From Oscillibacter sp. (lineage in GTDB: Bacteria; Bacillota; Clostridia; Oscillospirales; Oscillospiraceae): a DNA stretch of 64,000 bases. Shown here in pieces: positions 46,039 to 54,978 of this stretch. The position numbers and the translations under genes are program-made. The stretch spans positions 1,935 to 65,934 of the forward strand of contig JAAVHF010000050.1 in the NCBI GenBank assembly GCA_014799845.1, given 5' to 3'. Numbering within the stretch: the stretch's first letter is position 1; every line of letters begins with the position of its first letter. The notes under the pieces were generated by a model. That model worked only from the letters and a program-made list of their open reading frames with translations. It ran no database searches and had not been told where the DNA came from.

Positions 46039-46239
46039 TCAGCGTTTTTTCTGGTCCTCGAAAGGCTTGTTGTACAGAGCCAGCGTTGCCAGCAGCAGGA
46101 CGACGCCTGCCAGCATCAGTCCCAGGCCGCCCAGCTGTCCGGTCTGCTTCCATCCGTAAATCAGCAGGAAAATGCCCAGAACAAAGGTTACCAGCATCAG
46201 GACCATGCGCAGGGCGGTGTGTTCTTTCCAGAAATTCAT
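46039..46239 (-). CDS. small two-TM membrane protein of unknown function
   Basis: This 66-aa ORF fits exactly into the gap between the permease and GH112 genes. It has two hydrophobic helices (MVLMLVTFVLGIFLLIYGW, LGLMLAGVVLLLATLALY). Confidence 0.45.
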   Translation of the reverse strand: MNFWKEHTALRMVLMLVTFVLGIFLLIYGWKQTGQLGGLGLMLAGVVLLLATLALYNKPFEDQKKR

Positions 46240-46248
46240 AATGTCACC

Positions 46249-47139
46249 TTAACCTTTCAGTCCGCCCACGGTCATGCCCTGGGTCAGCTTCTTCTGCACG
46301 CAGATGTAGAGGATCAGCGTGGGCAGCATCACCAGCACCAGGCCGGCGTACAGGATGCCGTACTCGGCGGAGGACTGCTGGGCCTGCATCAGGTTGAGAA
46401 GGCCCACCGGAAGCGTCCTCTGCCCCGTGGCGCTGCTCATAAGGGTCATGGAGATGATATACTCATTCCAGAAGGAGAGGAAGTTGAAGAGGATAATGGT
46501 GATAATGGAGGGCTGGGCCATGGGGAAGATGATCCGCACCATGGTGGCCCCGTAGCCCGCGCCGTCGATGTAGGCCGCCTCCTCAAAGTCGTGGGGCAGG
46601 GTGGCGAAATAGCCGGAGAGGAGGTAGATGGTGAAGGGCAGCGCCGTGGAGGCGTAAACCACCGCCAGGACAAAGATGTTGTTGAGCAGGAAGCCGCTGC
46701 CAATGAGGTTTTTCAGCGCCGCGTCTCCGTCCTTCAGCATCAGGAAGATGGGGACCACGATATAGTTGACGTTGATAAATAGCCCCGCCATGAAGCAGGT
46801 ATTGAGCAGCTTCCTTCCCGTGAATTCAAACCGGGACAGGCAGTAGGCCGCCGGGAGGGCGATCACCAGCAGCAGCGCCAGACTCAGCGCCGTGACGATG
46901 ACGGAGTTGAGCATGTAGCTGCCCATGCTGGCGGCGTTCCAGGCGTCCACAAAGTTCTGCCAGTAGAACCCGGCGGGCAGCGTCCATGGGTTGCCGTAGA
47001 ACTCGCTGTTCTGCTTGATGGAAGCCAGGAACACCCAGGCCACGGGCACGATAATGAGGATTGCCAGGGTGATCAGGACCACGTAGATAAACGCCTTAAA
47101 AATGGGCTCGGCGGAGCCGCGTTTCGCTTTTTCGTTCAT
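46249..47139 (-). CDS. CUT1 ABC transporter permease
   Basis: It is polytopic with the EAA loop EAAYIDGAGYGATMVRIIFP. Confidence 0.85.
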   Translation of the reverse strand: MNEKAKRGSAEPIFKAFIYVVLITLAILIIVPVAWVFLASIKQNSEFYGNPWTLPAGFYWQNFVDAWNAASMGSYMLNSVIVTALSLALLLVIALPAAYCLSRFEFTGRKLLNTCFMAGLFINVNYIVVPIFLMLKDGDAALKNLIGSGFLLNNIFVLAVVYASTALPFTIYLLSGYFATLPHDFEEAAYIDGAGYGATMVRIIFPMAQPSIITIILFNFLSFWNEYIISMTLMSSATGQRTLPVGLLNLMQAQQSSAEYGILYAGLVLVMLPTLILYICVQKKLTQGMTVGGLKG

Positions 47140-47151
47140 GTCCGCTCCTCC

Positions 47152-48027
47152 TTACATTTCCAGGATGTCCCGCTTGGTGACCTTGTTCACCATAGCCGAG
47201 AGCAGGAAGGAGAACAGGAAGATCACCACGCCCGCCGCCATGGCGTAGCCGTAGAGTCCCGCGTCCTTCTGGTTATACATGAAGCTCAGGCCCACGTCGG
47301 CCATGCCCTTGGCCACCATGGCCTTGACAAAGAGGAAGGCCATATTGATGGTGGAAATAATGAAGAAGGTCAGGGTAGTGCGGATGTTGGTCCAGATCAG
47401 AGGCAGGGTGATCTGGAAGAACTGGGCCATCCGCCCCGCGCCGTCCAGGCTGGCGGACTCATAGAGGTCCACAGGCACCGCCGACATGGAGGCCATATAC
47501 ATGACCATGTAATAGCCGATGGCCTGCCAGACCATGGCGATGATGATGGAGGGAATGACCATCTGCTGATCCTTCCACAAAATCATGATATCCCGCCCCG
47601 AAATAAAGGAGAGGATGGAGTTGAGCATGCCGTTCTCCGGCTTGTAGATGGCGGAGAAAATACCGGCGATAACTACTACGGAGAGGATGTTGGGGATGTA
47701 GAAGATGACGCGGAAGAAATTTTGTCCCTTGATCTTCTCCCTGGTAAGGATGGCGGCAAAGAGGATGGCGAAGAAGAAGGTGATCAGCGTCACGGTGACG
47801 ATCAGCAGAATGGTATTCTGCATGGCGGAGATGAACTTTGCGTCCTTGAACAGGACTTTAAAGTTGTTCAGACCCACGAAGGTCTCCGTGGGTGAGTAAG
47901 CTCCCCGCTCAAAAAGGGACATACGGAAGACGTTCAGGGTGGGCAGGACCATGAAGATGAAAAACAGAATGGTTGCCGGGGCTACGCACAGGACGATGAA
48001 CCGGCTGCGGTCTTTGCTGCGGCGCAT
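47152..48027 (-). CDS. CUT1 ABC transporter permease
   Basis: It is polytopic with the EAA loop ESASLDGAGRMAQFFQITLP. Confidence 0.85.
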   Translation of the reverse strand: MRRSKDRSRFIVLCVAPATILFFIFMVLPTLNVFRMSLFERGAYSPTETFVGLNNFKVLFKDAKFISAMQNTILLIVTVTLITFFFAILFAAILTREKIKGQNFFRVIFYIPNILSVVVIAGIFSAIYKPENGMLNSILSFISGRDIMILWKDQQMVIPSIIIAMVWQAIGYYMVMYMASMSAVPVDLYESASLDGAGRMAQFFQITLPLIWTNIRTTLTFFIISTINMAFLFVKAMVAKGMADVGLSFMYNQKDAGLYGYAMAAGVVIFLFSFLLSAMVNKVTKRDILEM

Positions 48028-48122
48028 GAGATCTCTCCCTTCCTTTTGAATACAGCGGAGGCGGTGAGTAGGTCATACTCACCGCCTCCTACCTTAAGGC
48101 CTATGAAATTTTTATGTGGACA

Positions 48123-49538
48123 TTACTCCATGATGTTCTCACGCATCTGGTCGCTGGCGGTCTTGACGTCGGCGATCCACTGATCCTTGGTAAGGGAACC
48201 GTTTACCAGACCGTTGACGGGATCCAGGAACACTTCGCGGACGGTGCCCAGGCCGGCCACGGCCTCATAGGCGGCAAAGTTGCCCATGGCGGCGTCAGCG
48301 CCGTTGTCATAGATGGAGTAGAACATCTTGTTGTCGCCGTCCAGATTGTCGGTCAGACCGGGAACGGGCTGGATGGCGCCGCCCTTGGCGAAGATGGCAC
48401 AGGCCTCATCGCTGTACAGGAAGGCCACGAACTGCTTGGCAGCGTCCAGATGGGGAGCCTCGGCGGGAATCCACGCCTGCTCCAGCCAGCAGTAGCTGGC
48501 GCCGCTGCCGCCGGACTTGGCGGCGGGCAGGGCGGTCATGCCCCAGGCAAAGCCGTCAGCACGGGGAGCGTCCTCCATCTCGCCCACGATCCAGGTGCCG
48601 TTGGGCATGAACAGAGCCTTGTTGTCCAGGACCAGCTGCTGGTTCTGGGTGAAGTCCTGATCGTTGGCCTGGGCGGGGGTGACGGGGTTGGTGTAGGAGG
48701 CCAGCTTGGCGATGATCTCGAAGCACTCCTGGGCCTCGGGGGTATCCCAGACGCCTTCGCCATAGACCAGGGCGTTGTTGTAGAACTCGGGGCCGCCCAC
48801 GGAGTACATCAGAGCGTACAGGAACGCGTCAAAGTAACCGGTGGTGGGATAAGTAAAGAGATACATATCCTCGGGGAGGCTGTCAGCCAGGGCCCACATC
48901 TCGTCCCAGGTGGTGGGAACGGTCCAGCCGTTCTGCTCAAAGAGGCCGGCGTTGTAGAACAGGCCGCAGGGGGAGTAGAACATGGGGGCCAGGTAGGTAT
49001 GGCCATCGTTGTAGGGGTTGGTAACGGAGGTATCGGTGAAACCGCCGACGATCTTGTCGGAAACCTTCACGCTCTCGCCGGGGACGGTCATAGACAGCAC
49101 GTCGGTGATGTCAGCGATGTTGCGGTCCTTGATGAACTGCTCGGTGAGGCCCTTCTCACGGCCGGTGGCCAGATGGATGACATCGGGGAAGTCGCCGCCC
49201 TGCATGGAGGGCCCGATCACGTCTTCCAGCATCTTGTCGCAGATCAGCTCCACCTTGATGCCGGTGGCGGCGGTGAAAGCGTCGCAGACTTCCTGCCACA
49301 TGCCGGGATAGGCTTCCTCATAGCCGGAGGCCAGGGCGGCCACCTGGATGGTCACGTCTTCGGCGGCAGGCTCAGCGGGAGTATTGGTGTTAGTATTGGT
49401 GTTGTTGTCGGGGGTCTGGTTATCGGTCTGCTGGGGCTGGTCGCCGCCGGTGGGCTGATTGCTGTTCCCGCCGCCGCAGCCGGCCAGCAGGGACAGGACC
49501 ATGACGGACGCCAGGATCATGCTGAGAAACTTTTTCAT
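48123..49538 (-). CDS. CUT1 extracellular solute-binding lipoprotein (candidate GNB/LNB-binding protein)
   Basis: The lipobox is LSLLAGCGGG, followed by a low-complexity linker. It is the first gene of the operon that ends with GH112. Confidence 0.8.
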   Translation of the reverse strand: MKKFLSMILASVMVLSLLAGCGGGNSNQPTGGDQPQQTDNQTPDNNTNTNTNTPAEPAAEDVTIQVAALASGYEEAYPGMWQEVCDAFTAATGIKVELICDKMLEDVIGPSMQGGDFPDVIHLATGREKGLTEQFIKDRNIADITDVLSMTVPGESVKVSDKIVGGFTDTSVTNPYNDGHTYLAPMFYSPCGLFYNAGLFEQNGWTVPTTWDEMWALADSLPEDMYLFTYPTTGYFDAFLYALMYSVGGPEFYNNALVYGEGVWDTPEAQECFEIIAKLASYTNPVTPAQANDQDFTQNQQLVLDNKALFMPNGTWIVGEMEDAPRADGFAWGMTALPAAKSGGSGASYCWLEQAWIPAEAPHLDAAKQFVAFLYSDEACAIFAKGGAIQPVPGLTDNLDGDNKMFYSIYDNGADAAMGNFAAYEAVAGLGTVREVFLDPVNGLVNGSLTKDQWIADVKTASDQMRENIME

Positions 49539-49608
49539 TCCAATTCCTCCAATTTGTATTTTATAACGTTCCTGTGGGAAGCAAAGCTGCTCCCGCGCTA
49601 TACTTATG

Positions 49609-49636
49609 ATTATACATGGCCGGCCTGCATAATCAA
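49609..49636 (-). promoter_or_regulatory. sigma-70-type promoter of the GNB/LNB operon
   Basis: The minus strand reads TTGATT, 16 nt, TATAAT. Confidence 0.45.
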
Positions 49637-49806
49637 TTCTTTTGTTGCGCTCTTTTTTAGAGATATTGCTTTTCTACATTTTGCGCAAACTGCCCGCCGC
49701 GTCCTGCCGCATTTTCGTCAAAACGTCAATTCCCATTTCGCCCCCGGACTGCTTCCCCCATATATTTGCCATCAGATGCCGCCGATTTTTGAACATTTTT
49801 TCCATA

Positions 49807-49835
49807 TTGCATAACAAAAAAACAGGCGCTATAAT
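49807..49835 (+). promoter_or_regulatory. sigma-70-type promoter of the AraC-family regulator gene
   Basis: TTGCAT, 17 nt, TATAAT. It lies about 55 nt upstream of ATG 49892. Confidence 0.5.
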
Positions 49836-49891
49836 AAGAGATGCGGCAGGGAATACCTCCATTTTATAATCTTGCGGCAGAGGGAGCAAAC

Positions 49892-50749
49892 ATGAGTACA
49901 CAACAATATATAATAGGGAAACCCGCGGCGCCGGAGCGCGAAGACGGCGAGAGGGTCCTGCTGCGGTACATCACGCGGACGCACTACAGCGAGGAGTGGA
50001 ATTCCACCCTTCACACCCACGCCTGCGCAGAGCTGTTTTTTATCACCGGAGGCCATGGCGCATTCCAGGTCTGGCAGGACCGTTTCCCCGTGGCGATCAA
50101 CGACCTGGTTGTGATCAATGCCGGCATCCCCCACACGGAGACCAGCCAGCAGGGCAGCCCTATGGAATATGTGGTGCTGGGGGTGGACGGACTGGGGACT
50201 ATGACGGACATCAGCGGCTTCGCTCTGCTGCATCTGGCGGCGGAGCAGGAAGCCGTGTCATCCTGCCTGCGGATGATGGTGCAGGAGATCCGGGTGCAGC
50301 AGCCCGGCTGCGATGAAATCTGTCAAAGCCTGCTGGACGTCATACTGCTGCGCCTGCGGCGGCGGGAGGATTTCTCAATGAGCCATTCCCCGGCAGGTCC
50401 CCGCAGCAGCCGGAACTGCGACCAGGTGCGGCGGTACATCGACAACCATTTCAAGGAAAATCTCACCCTGGACCAGCTGGCGCAGATGGTTCATGTCAGC
50501 AAGTACCATCTCGCCCACACCTTCCACGAGGAATTCCACATCTCCCCCATCAGCTATCTGATCGCCCGCCGGATCCAGGAGAGCCGCTTTTTGCTGCGGG
50601 AGACGGACCACAGCATATCCCAGATCGCGCAGATCCTCGGGTTTTCATCTCTCAGCTATTTCTCCCAGAGTTTCCGGCGTCTGGAGGGGATCAGCCCCAT
50701 AGAATTCCGCAGACGCTACCACAGGAAGAACGGCGAGTCCGGATCATGA
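49892..50749 (+). CDS. AraC-family transcriptional regulator (cupin sensor plus double HTH)
   Basis: The cupin part has HTHACAELFFITGG. The C-terminal HTH_AraC has LTLDQLAQMVHVSKYHLAHTF...ISQIAQILGFSSLSYFSQSFRR..GISPIEFRR. Confidence 0.85.
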   Translation: MSTQQYIIGKPAAPEREDGERVLLRYITRTHYSEEWNSTLHTHACAELFFITGGHGAFQVWQDRFPVAINDLVVINAGIPHTETSQQGSPMEYVVLGVDGLGTMTDISGFALLHLAAEQEAVSSCLRMMVQEIRVQQPGCDEICQSLLDVILLRLRRREDFSMSHSPAGPRSSRNCDQVRRYIDNHFKENLTLDQLAQMVHVSKYHLAHTFHEEFHISPISYLIARRIQESRFLLRETDHSISQIAQILGFSSLSYFSQSFRRLEGISPIEFRRRYHRKNGESGS

Positions 50750-50952
50750 TATTGCCCGCCCCGCAGGAAGCGCGTCCATTGTCCCGGACCTCCGCGGCGG
50801 TTATAAGCGCTGCTGACCTGACTGATTCGGAAGTCCCTTTTACCCCTGGTGCTGATGGATATGCGTACTGGCAATTTCACTAATCTTTAGTTGAAATTAA
50901 AAACCGGCAGTGATATGACCGGTGAGACAGATTGAAATTTGGAGGTGCAGGC

Positions 50953-51405
50953 ATGAGAGATCGCAGTATGGCGTTAGTAGTTCGTAATAATAAAATATTG
51001 TCGGTTCAAACGCGCAGATCAGGTAGATCTGTCAATGAGCTGCCGGGCGGCGGCATTGAGCCGGGCGAAACATCGGAAGAAGCGGCACTCAGAGAATTGA
51101 AAGAGGAATGCGGCTTAATTGGCACTATAAGCAGGCAGCTAAATATCCTGCATAGGAAAGATGGCGGCACAGAATACGTTTATCTTGTTGATGTATCAAG
51201 TGAACAGCGGGAAATGATCAGATTTGACCCTGAAATTCAGGAAGGTGCAGAACAAGCTATCAAAAATGTTCGTTGGTTATCCTTGGATGAATTTACAGAG
51301 CGTGAAAGAGCTTATCTTTGGTCATACGGTTTGCTTGATGTTGAAGACTTTCACGATGAGGTATCACGCTGGGATGACGCAATAAGCTATCCGGCTTGCA
51401 AATAA
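50953..51405 (+). CDS. NUDIX hydrolase
   Basis: The Nudix box is LPGGGIEPGETSEEAALRELKEECGL. The RBS GGAGGTG lies 5 nt upstream. The segment is conspicuously AT-rich. Confidence 0.8.
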   Translation: MRDRSMALVVRNNKILSVQTRRSGRSVNELPGGGIEPGETSEEAALRELKEECGLIGTISRQLNILHRKDGGTEYVYLVDVSSEQREMIRFDPEIQEGAEQAIKNVRWLSLDEFTERERAYLWSYGLLDVEDFHDEVSRWDDAISYPACK

Positions 51406-51494
51406 ATTCCGGTTTATTGAGCAACTTGACGAATAGGGAAAATTATCAGGCGTTTATCAACACGAAGGGTAAAAGGTAGATTCGGAAAGTCCGG

Positions 51495-51523
51495 TTGCGG
51501 TCCGCCGAAAATTGTGGTACACT
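51495..51523 (+). promoter_or_regulatory. possible promoter of the LURP-one-like gene
   Basis: TTGCGG, 17 nt, TACACT, preceded by TGg. Confidence 0.3.
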
Positions 51524-51586
51524 GATTTACAGCGCACCCTTTCCCTCCGCAGAGGGCGGCGGGAGAGGAGAAATGAGGAATCCACT

Positions 51587-52057
51587 ATGAAAATGTTATT
51601 CAAACAGCGGCTTTTTTCCTGGTTCGACAGTTACGATATTTACGATGAAGCCGGCGGCGTCCTCTTTACCGTTGAGGGCAAGTTCAGCTGGGGCCACTGC
51701 CTGCACATCCTGGACGCCCACGGACAGCATATCGGCACGGTCCAGGAGCGGGTGCTGACCTTCCTGCCGCAGTTCGAGCTGTCCGCATACGGGGAGTATC
51801 TGGGCTGCCTCAAAAAGGAATTCACCCTCTTCACGCCCCGCTTCGTGTTTGATTGCAGCGACTGGGAGATCGAGGGCAGCTGGACGGAGTGGGACTACTC
51901 CATCACCAGTCCCAGTCAGGGGCTGGTGGCTTCCATCAGCAAGGAATTGTTCAACTGGACGGACACCTATGTTATCGACGTCCACGATCCCGGCAACGCG
52001 TTGTGCGCGCTGATGGTCGTGCTGGCCATCGACGCGGAGAAGTGCAGGAGGTCCTAG
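51587..52057 (+). CDS. LURP-one-related / DUF567 (tubby-like fold) protein
   Basis: MKMLFKQRLFSWFDSYDIYDEAGGVLFTVEGKFSWGHCLHILDAHG is the family's typical beginning. It is about 156 aa long. Confidence 0.6.
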   Translation: MKMLFKQRLFSWFDSYDIYDEAGGVLFTVEGKFSWGHCLHILDAHGQHIGTVQERVLTFLPQFELSAYGEYLGCLKKEFTLFTPRFVFDCSDWEIEGSWTEWDYSITSPSQGLVASISKELFNWTDTYVIDVHDPGNALCALMVVLAIDAEKCRRS

Positions 52058-52167
52058 GCGGACGGCCTATGCGCTCCGTGCTGCGGCGGCCCGCCCCAGA
52101 TTCCGCCCGGTAACGGCCCGCGCTTCTCATGGAAAAATTGTGCTGATTTGGAAAGGAGTGACCGCCC

Positions 52168-53436
52168 ATGGACCATCCCCTGGCGGACCGCATCCGGCCC
52201 CGGAATCTGGACGAGGTGGTGGGGCAGAAGCACCTGCTGGGTCCTGACGCTCTGCTGCGCCGGTTTATTGAAAAGGGCACTGACGCCAATATGGTCTTTT
52301 ACGGTCCCTCCGGCACCGGTAAGACCACCATCGCCAATATCATCGCCAGACGCACCCACCGCACCCTGTATAAGCTCAACGCCACCACCGCCTCCCTCCA
52401 GGACGTGAAGGGCATCATCGGGGATGTGGGGACGCTGATGGCCCCCGGCGGAGTGCTGCTGTATCTGGACGAGATCCAGTACTTCAATAAAAAGCAGCAG
52501 CAGTCGCTGCTGGAATTTATGGAGAACGGGTCCATTACCCTGATCGCGTCCACTACGGAAAATCCTTACTTTTACGTTTACGCCGCCCTGCTCAGCCGGA
52601 GCACCGTGTTTGAGTTCAAGCCGGTTACCGCCGCCGACGTGCGGCCCGCCGTGGACCGGGCGCTGGCGCTGGTAAAAGCGGAGAGTCCTCTGCCTCTCAG
52701 CTGGGAGGACGGCGTGCCGGACTATATCGCCCACGCCTGCGGCGGGGACGTGCGGAAGGCCATGAACGCGGTGGAGCTGCTGTACGAGGCGGCCCCGGCG
52801 GAGGGCGGCCGGCTGGTGCTGACCGTGGCCGACGCCGAGCAGGTATCCCAGCGCAGCGCCATGCGCTACGACAGGGGCGGCGACGCCATGTACGATCTGG
52901 CGTCGGCACTGATGAAATCCCTGCGGGGCAGCGACCCGGACGCGGCGCTGCACTATCTGGCCCGGTTTCTGGAGGCCGGGGACCTCATCACCCCCTGCCG
53001 GAGGCTGCTCTGCTCCGCCAGCGAGGATATCGGCATGGCGTATCCCCAGGCCATTTCCATCGTAAAGGCCTGCGTGGACACGGCCATGCAGCTGGGCCTG
53101 CCGGAGGCGCAGCTGCCCCTGGCGCAGGCGGCGGTGCTGCTGGCTACCGCGCCGAAGTCCAATTCCGTGGTCAGCGCCATCGGCGCGGCCTGGGCGGACG
53201 TGAAAAAAGGACGGACCGGGTCCGTCCCAAGGGAATTGCAGAACGTCCACGCCGACACAACGGGCCAGGAGCGGGAACAGGGCTATCTCTATCCCCATGA
53301 GTTCCCGGGACACTGGGTGCAGCAGCAGTATCTGCCGGATGAGCTGGCGGGAATTTCCTATTATCAATATGGAGATAATAAAACCGAACAGGCGGCAAAG
53401 GCGTACTGGGAGAAAATCAAAGGAAAACCGCTGTGA
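52168..53436 (+). CDS. rarA: replication-associated recombination protein A (AAA+ ATPase)
   Basis: Motifs: LADRIRPRNLDEVVGQKHLLG, Walker A GPSGTGKTT, LYLDEIQYFNK, GDVRKA, and a C-terminal MgsA domain (YPHEFPGHWVQQQYLP). Confidence 0.9.
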   Translation: MDHPLADRIRPRNLDEVVGQKHLLGPDALLRRFIEKGTDANMVFYGPSGTGKTTIANIIARRTHRTLYKLNATTASLQDVKGIIGDVGTLMAPGGVLLYLDEIQYFNKKQQQSLLEFMENGSITLIASTTENPYFYVYAALLSRSTVFEFKPVTAADVRPAVDRALALVKAESPLPLSWEDGVPDYIAHACGGDVRKAMNAVELLYEAAPAEGGRLVLTVADAEQVSQRSAMRYDRGGDAMYDLASALMKSLRGSDPDAALHYLARFLEAGDLITPCRRLLCSASEDIGMAYPQAISIVKACVDTAMQLGLPEAQLPLAQAAVLLATAPKSNSVVSAIGAAWADVKKGRTGSVPRELQNVHADTTGQEREQGYLYPHEFPGHWVQQQYLPDELAGISYYQYGDNKTEQAAKAYWEKIKGKPL

Positions 53437-53466
53437 GGAGACCGGCTCGGGGCGCCGCCCAAGCGG

Positions 53467-54402
53467 TCAGAATCCGGGCCGGAACACCGTCTCAACCACC
53501 GGCTTTCCGCAGCCCGGCGGGGAGTAGACCCAGCGGTTCAGCCGCCCGTCCGTGATCTGATAGCGCAGCGGGACCGGCTCGGTCCGGGGCGCCAGCTTCT
53601 CCACGATTTGCAGCTTGATCTTCATCCACTCGGGCCGGATGCTCTTGATGTATACGGACACGCCGTCCCCCGGCGACAGCCCCTCCCGTGTCTCCGCCAG
53701 GCCGGACAGGTTGGGAGCCAGCTCAACGAAAACGCCATAGGGCTTGATCCCCCGGACGATGCCGGGGACGGCCTCGCCGGGCGCGAAGCGGGCCGCGTTT
53801 TCCATCCAGGTGCCCAGCAGCTCCTTATGGGTGAGATAGAAGCGGCAGGCCGCAGAATCAACATCTGTGACGGCAGCTAAAATGTCCTGCCCCACCCGGA
53901 AGCGGTCCGAGGGGTGGGAGACCCGGGAAACGGAGATATTTTCCAGCGGGATCAGCGAGGTTACCCCGCAGCCCAGGTCCACAAACGCGCCGAAACTCTC
54001 CAGATGGGTCACCCTGGCCGGGAGGACCGTGCCGGGCGCGCTGTGTTCCAGCAGCCAGGCAACGGCCTGCTCCTGGGCCCCGCGGCGGGAGAGGGTGAGG
54101 CGCGGCCTGCCGCCGCCGTCCAGCTGGATGCCGGTAACGGTGAAGCAGGTGGGTTTCCCCACCCGGGAGAGGACCGCAATGTCCCGCTCCGCGCCGCTGA
54201 TGGCCGGGTGGATGGCGTCCGGACGGGGGATGGTTCCCTCGTAGCCGCCGAAGCGGACCGTCAGGTCCCGCCGGGCGTCGCAGCGGATGGCAATGCCCTC
54301 CAGCACCGTCTGGTCCTCCATGGCCTGCCGGAGGACGCTGAGGGGCTGATTTTCCGGAAACAGAGGGCCTGCGCCCTCCGGTAGGTATTCGTTTCTGCGC
54401 AT
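53467..54402 (-). CDS. S1 RNA-binding-domain protein (tandem S1-like domains)
   Basis: GTVLPARVTHLESFGAFVDLGCGVTSLIP and GEAVPGIVRGIKPYGVFVELAPNLSGLA are S1 motifs. The start is set at MRRNEY (ATG 54402); the upstream extension of the track ORF crosses the divergent gene. Confidence 0.7.
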   Translation of the reverse strand: MRRNEYLPEGAGPLFPENQPLSVLRQAMEDQTVLEGIAIRCDARRDLTVRFGGYEGTIPRPDAIHPAISGAERDIAVLSRVGKPTCFTVTGIQLDGGGRPRLTLSRRGAQEQAVAWLLEHSAPGTVLPARVTHLESFGAFVDLGCGVTSLIPLENISVSRVSHPSDRFRVGQDILAAVTDVDSAACRFYLTHKELLGTWMENAARFAPGEAVPGIVRGIKPYGVFVELAPNLSGLAETREGLSPGDGVSVYIKSIRPEWMKIKLQIVEKLAPRTEPVPLRYQITDGRLNRWVYSPPGCGKPVVETVFRPGF

Positions 54403-54481
54403 GTGATACACCGTCCTTGTTTTTCTGATAGGATAGTGTATGCGGCAGGGTGCTTGACCGTTGAGGATATGAGGTGATTTC

Positions 54482-54670
54482 TTGTTGGATTTGAAATTGA
54501 GCGACCGTGTGGAGCTGAAAAAGCAGCATCCCTGCGGCGGGAAAACATGGGTAGTCCTGCGGCTGGGTATGGACATCAAGCTGCGGTGCGAAACATGCGG
54601 ACACGAGCTGATGCTCCCAAGGAGCAAGGCCGAAAAAGCCATCAAAAAGATTTTAAGCGAGGAGGCGTAA
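54482..54670 (+). CDS. DUF951-family small protein
   Basis: It has a CGG....C..CGH zinc-ribbon-like pattern (KKQHPCGGKTWVVLRLGMDIKLRCETCGHELMLPR). It uses a TTG start 6 nt after GAGGTGA. Confidence 0.65.
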   Translation: MLDLKLSDRVELKKQHPCGGKTWVVLRLGMDIKLRCETCGHELMLPRSKAEKAIKKILSEEA

Positions 54671-54677
54671 AGCGGGC

Positions 54678-54776
54678 ATGAGTCAGAAGTGGGTCAAACT
54701 TATTTCCAGAGCGGTGATCATTGTCCTTGTGCTGTCGATGCTGGCAGGGTTGATTATACCAATGCTGGGAGGATGA
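54678..54776 (+). CDS. possible 32-aa single-TM peptide (MSQKWVKLISRAVIIVLVLSMLAGLIIPMLGG)
   Basis: This ATG ORF lies 8 nt after the DUF951 stop and has a clean hydrophobic helix. There is no other support. Confidence 0.25.
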   Translation: MSQKWVKLISRAVIIVLVLSMLAGLIIPMLGG

Positions 54777-54865
54777 TACATACGCGCCGTCTGCCGAGGA
54801 AGTCCAGCAAAAGCTGGGCTTCTTCGTATATATGCTGTCAGCTATACAGGAAAAGCCGGAAGCGG

Positions 54866-54894
54866 TTTACAAATCATTCAGAAAATGCTATACT
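54866..54894 (+). promoter_or_regulatory. sigma-70-type promoter upstream of birA
   Basis: TTTACA, 17 nt, TATACT, preceded by TGc (extended -10). Confidence 0.45.
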
Positions 54895-54978
54895 ATGCTG
54901 TATCAAATCCGGCGCACCGCGGGCCGCGGGATGAAAACCTCCGCGCATCCGCGCGAAACAGGAAACGGGGTGTCACAA

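Noticed and set aside
43852-46782. A 976-aa plus-strand ORF spanning the GH112 gene, the small membrane gene and part of a permease gene.
   Set aside because: It runs antisense across three independently supported minus-strand genes and their intergenic gaps. Its composition is Gly/Val/Ala/His/Leu-biased with no motifs. It is a shadow ORF.
48114-49814. A 566-aa plus-strand ORF. Similar long antisense ORFs occur at 25151-26704, 26629-27669, 28061-28732, 35632-36684, 19739-21373, 23829-24908, 52054-53367, 38540-39439 and 62726-63652.
   Set aside because: Each lies opposite a gene with strong independent evidence (lipobox plus SBP fold, EAA loops, Walker motifs, GH32/GH112 motifs, RarA motifs). 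Each has a GC-shadow amino-acid composition.
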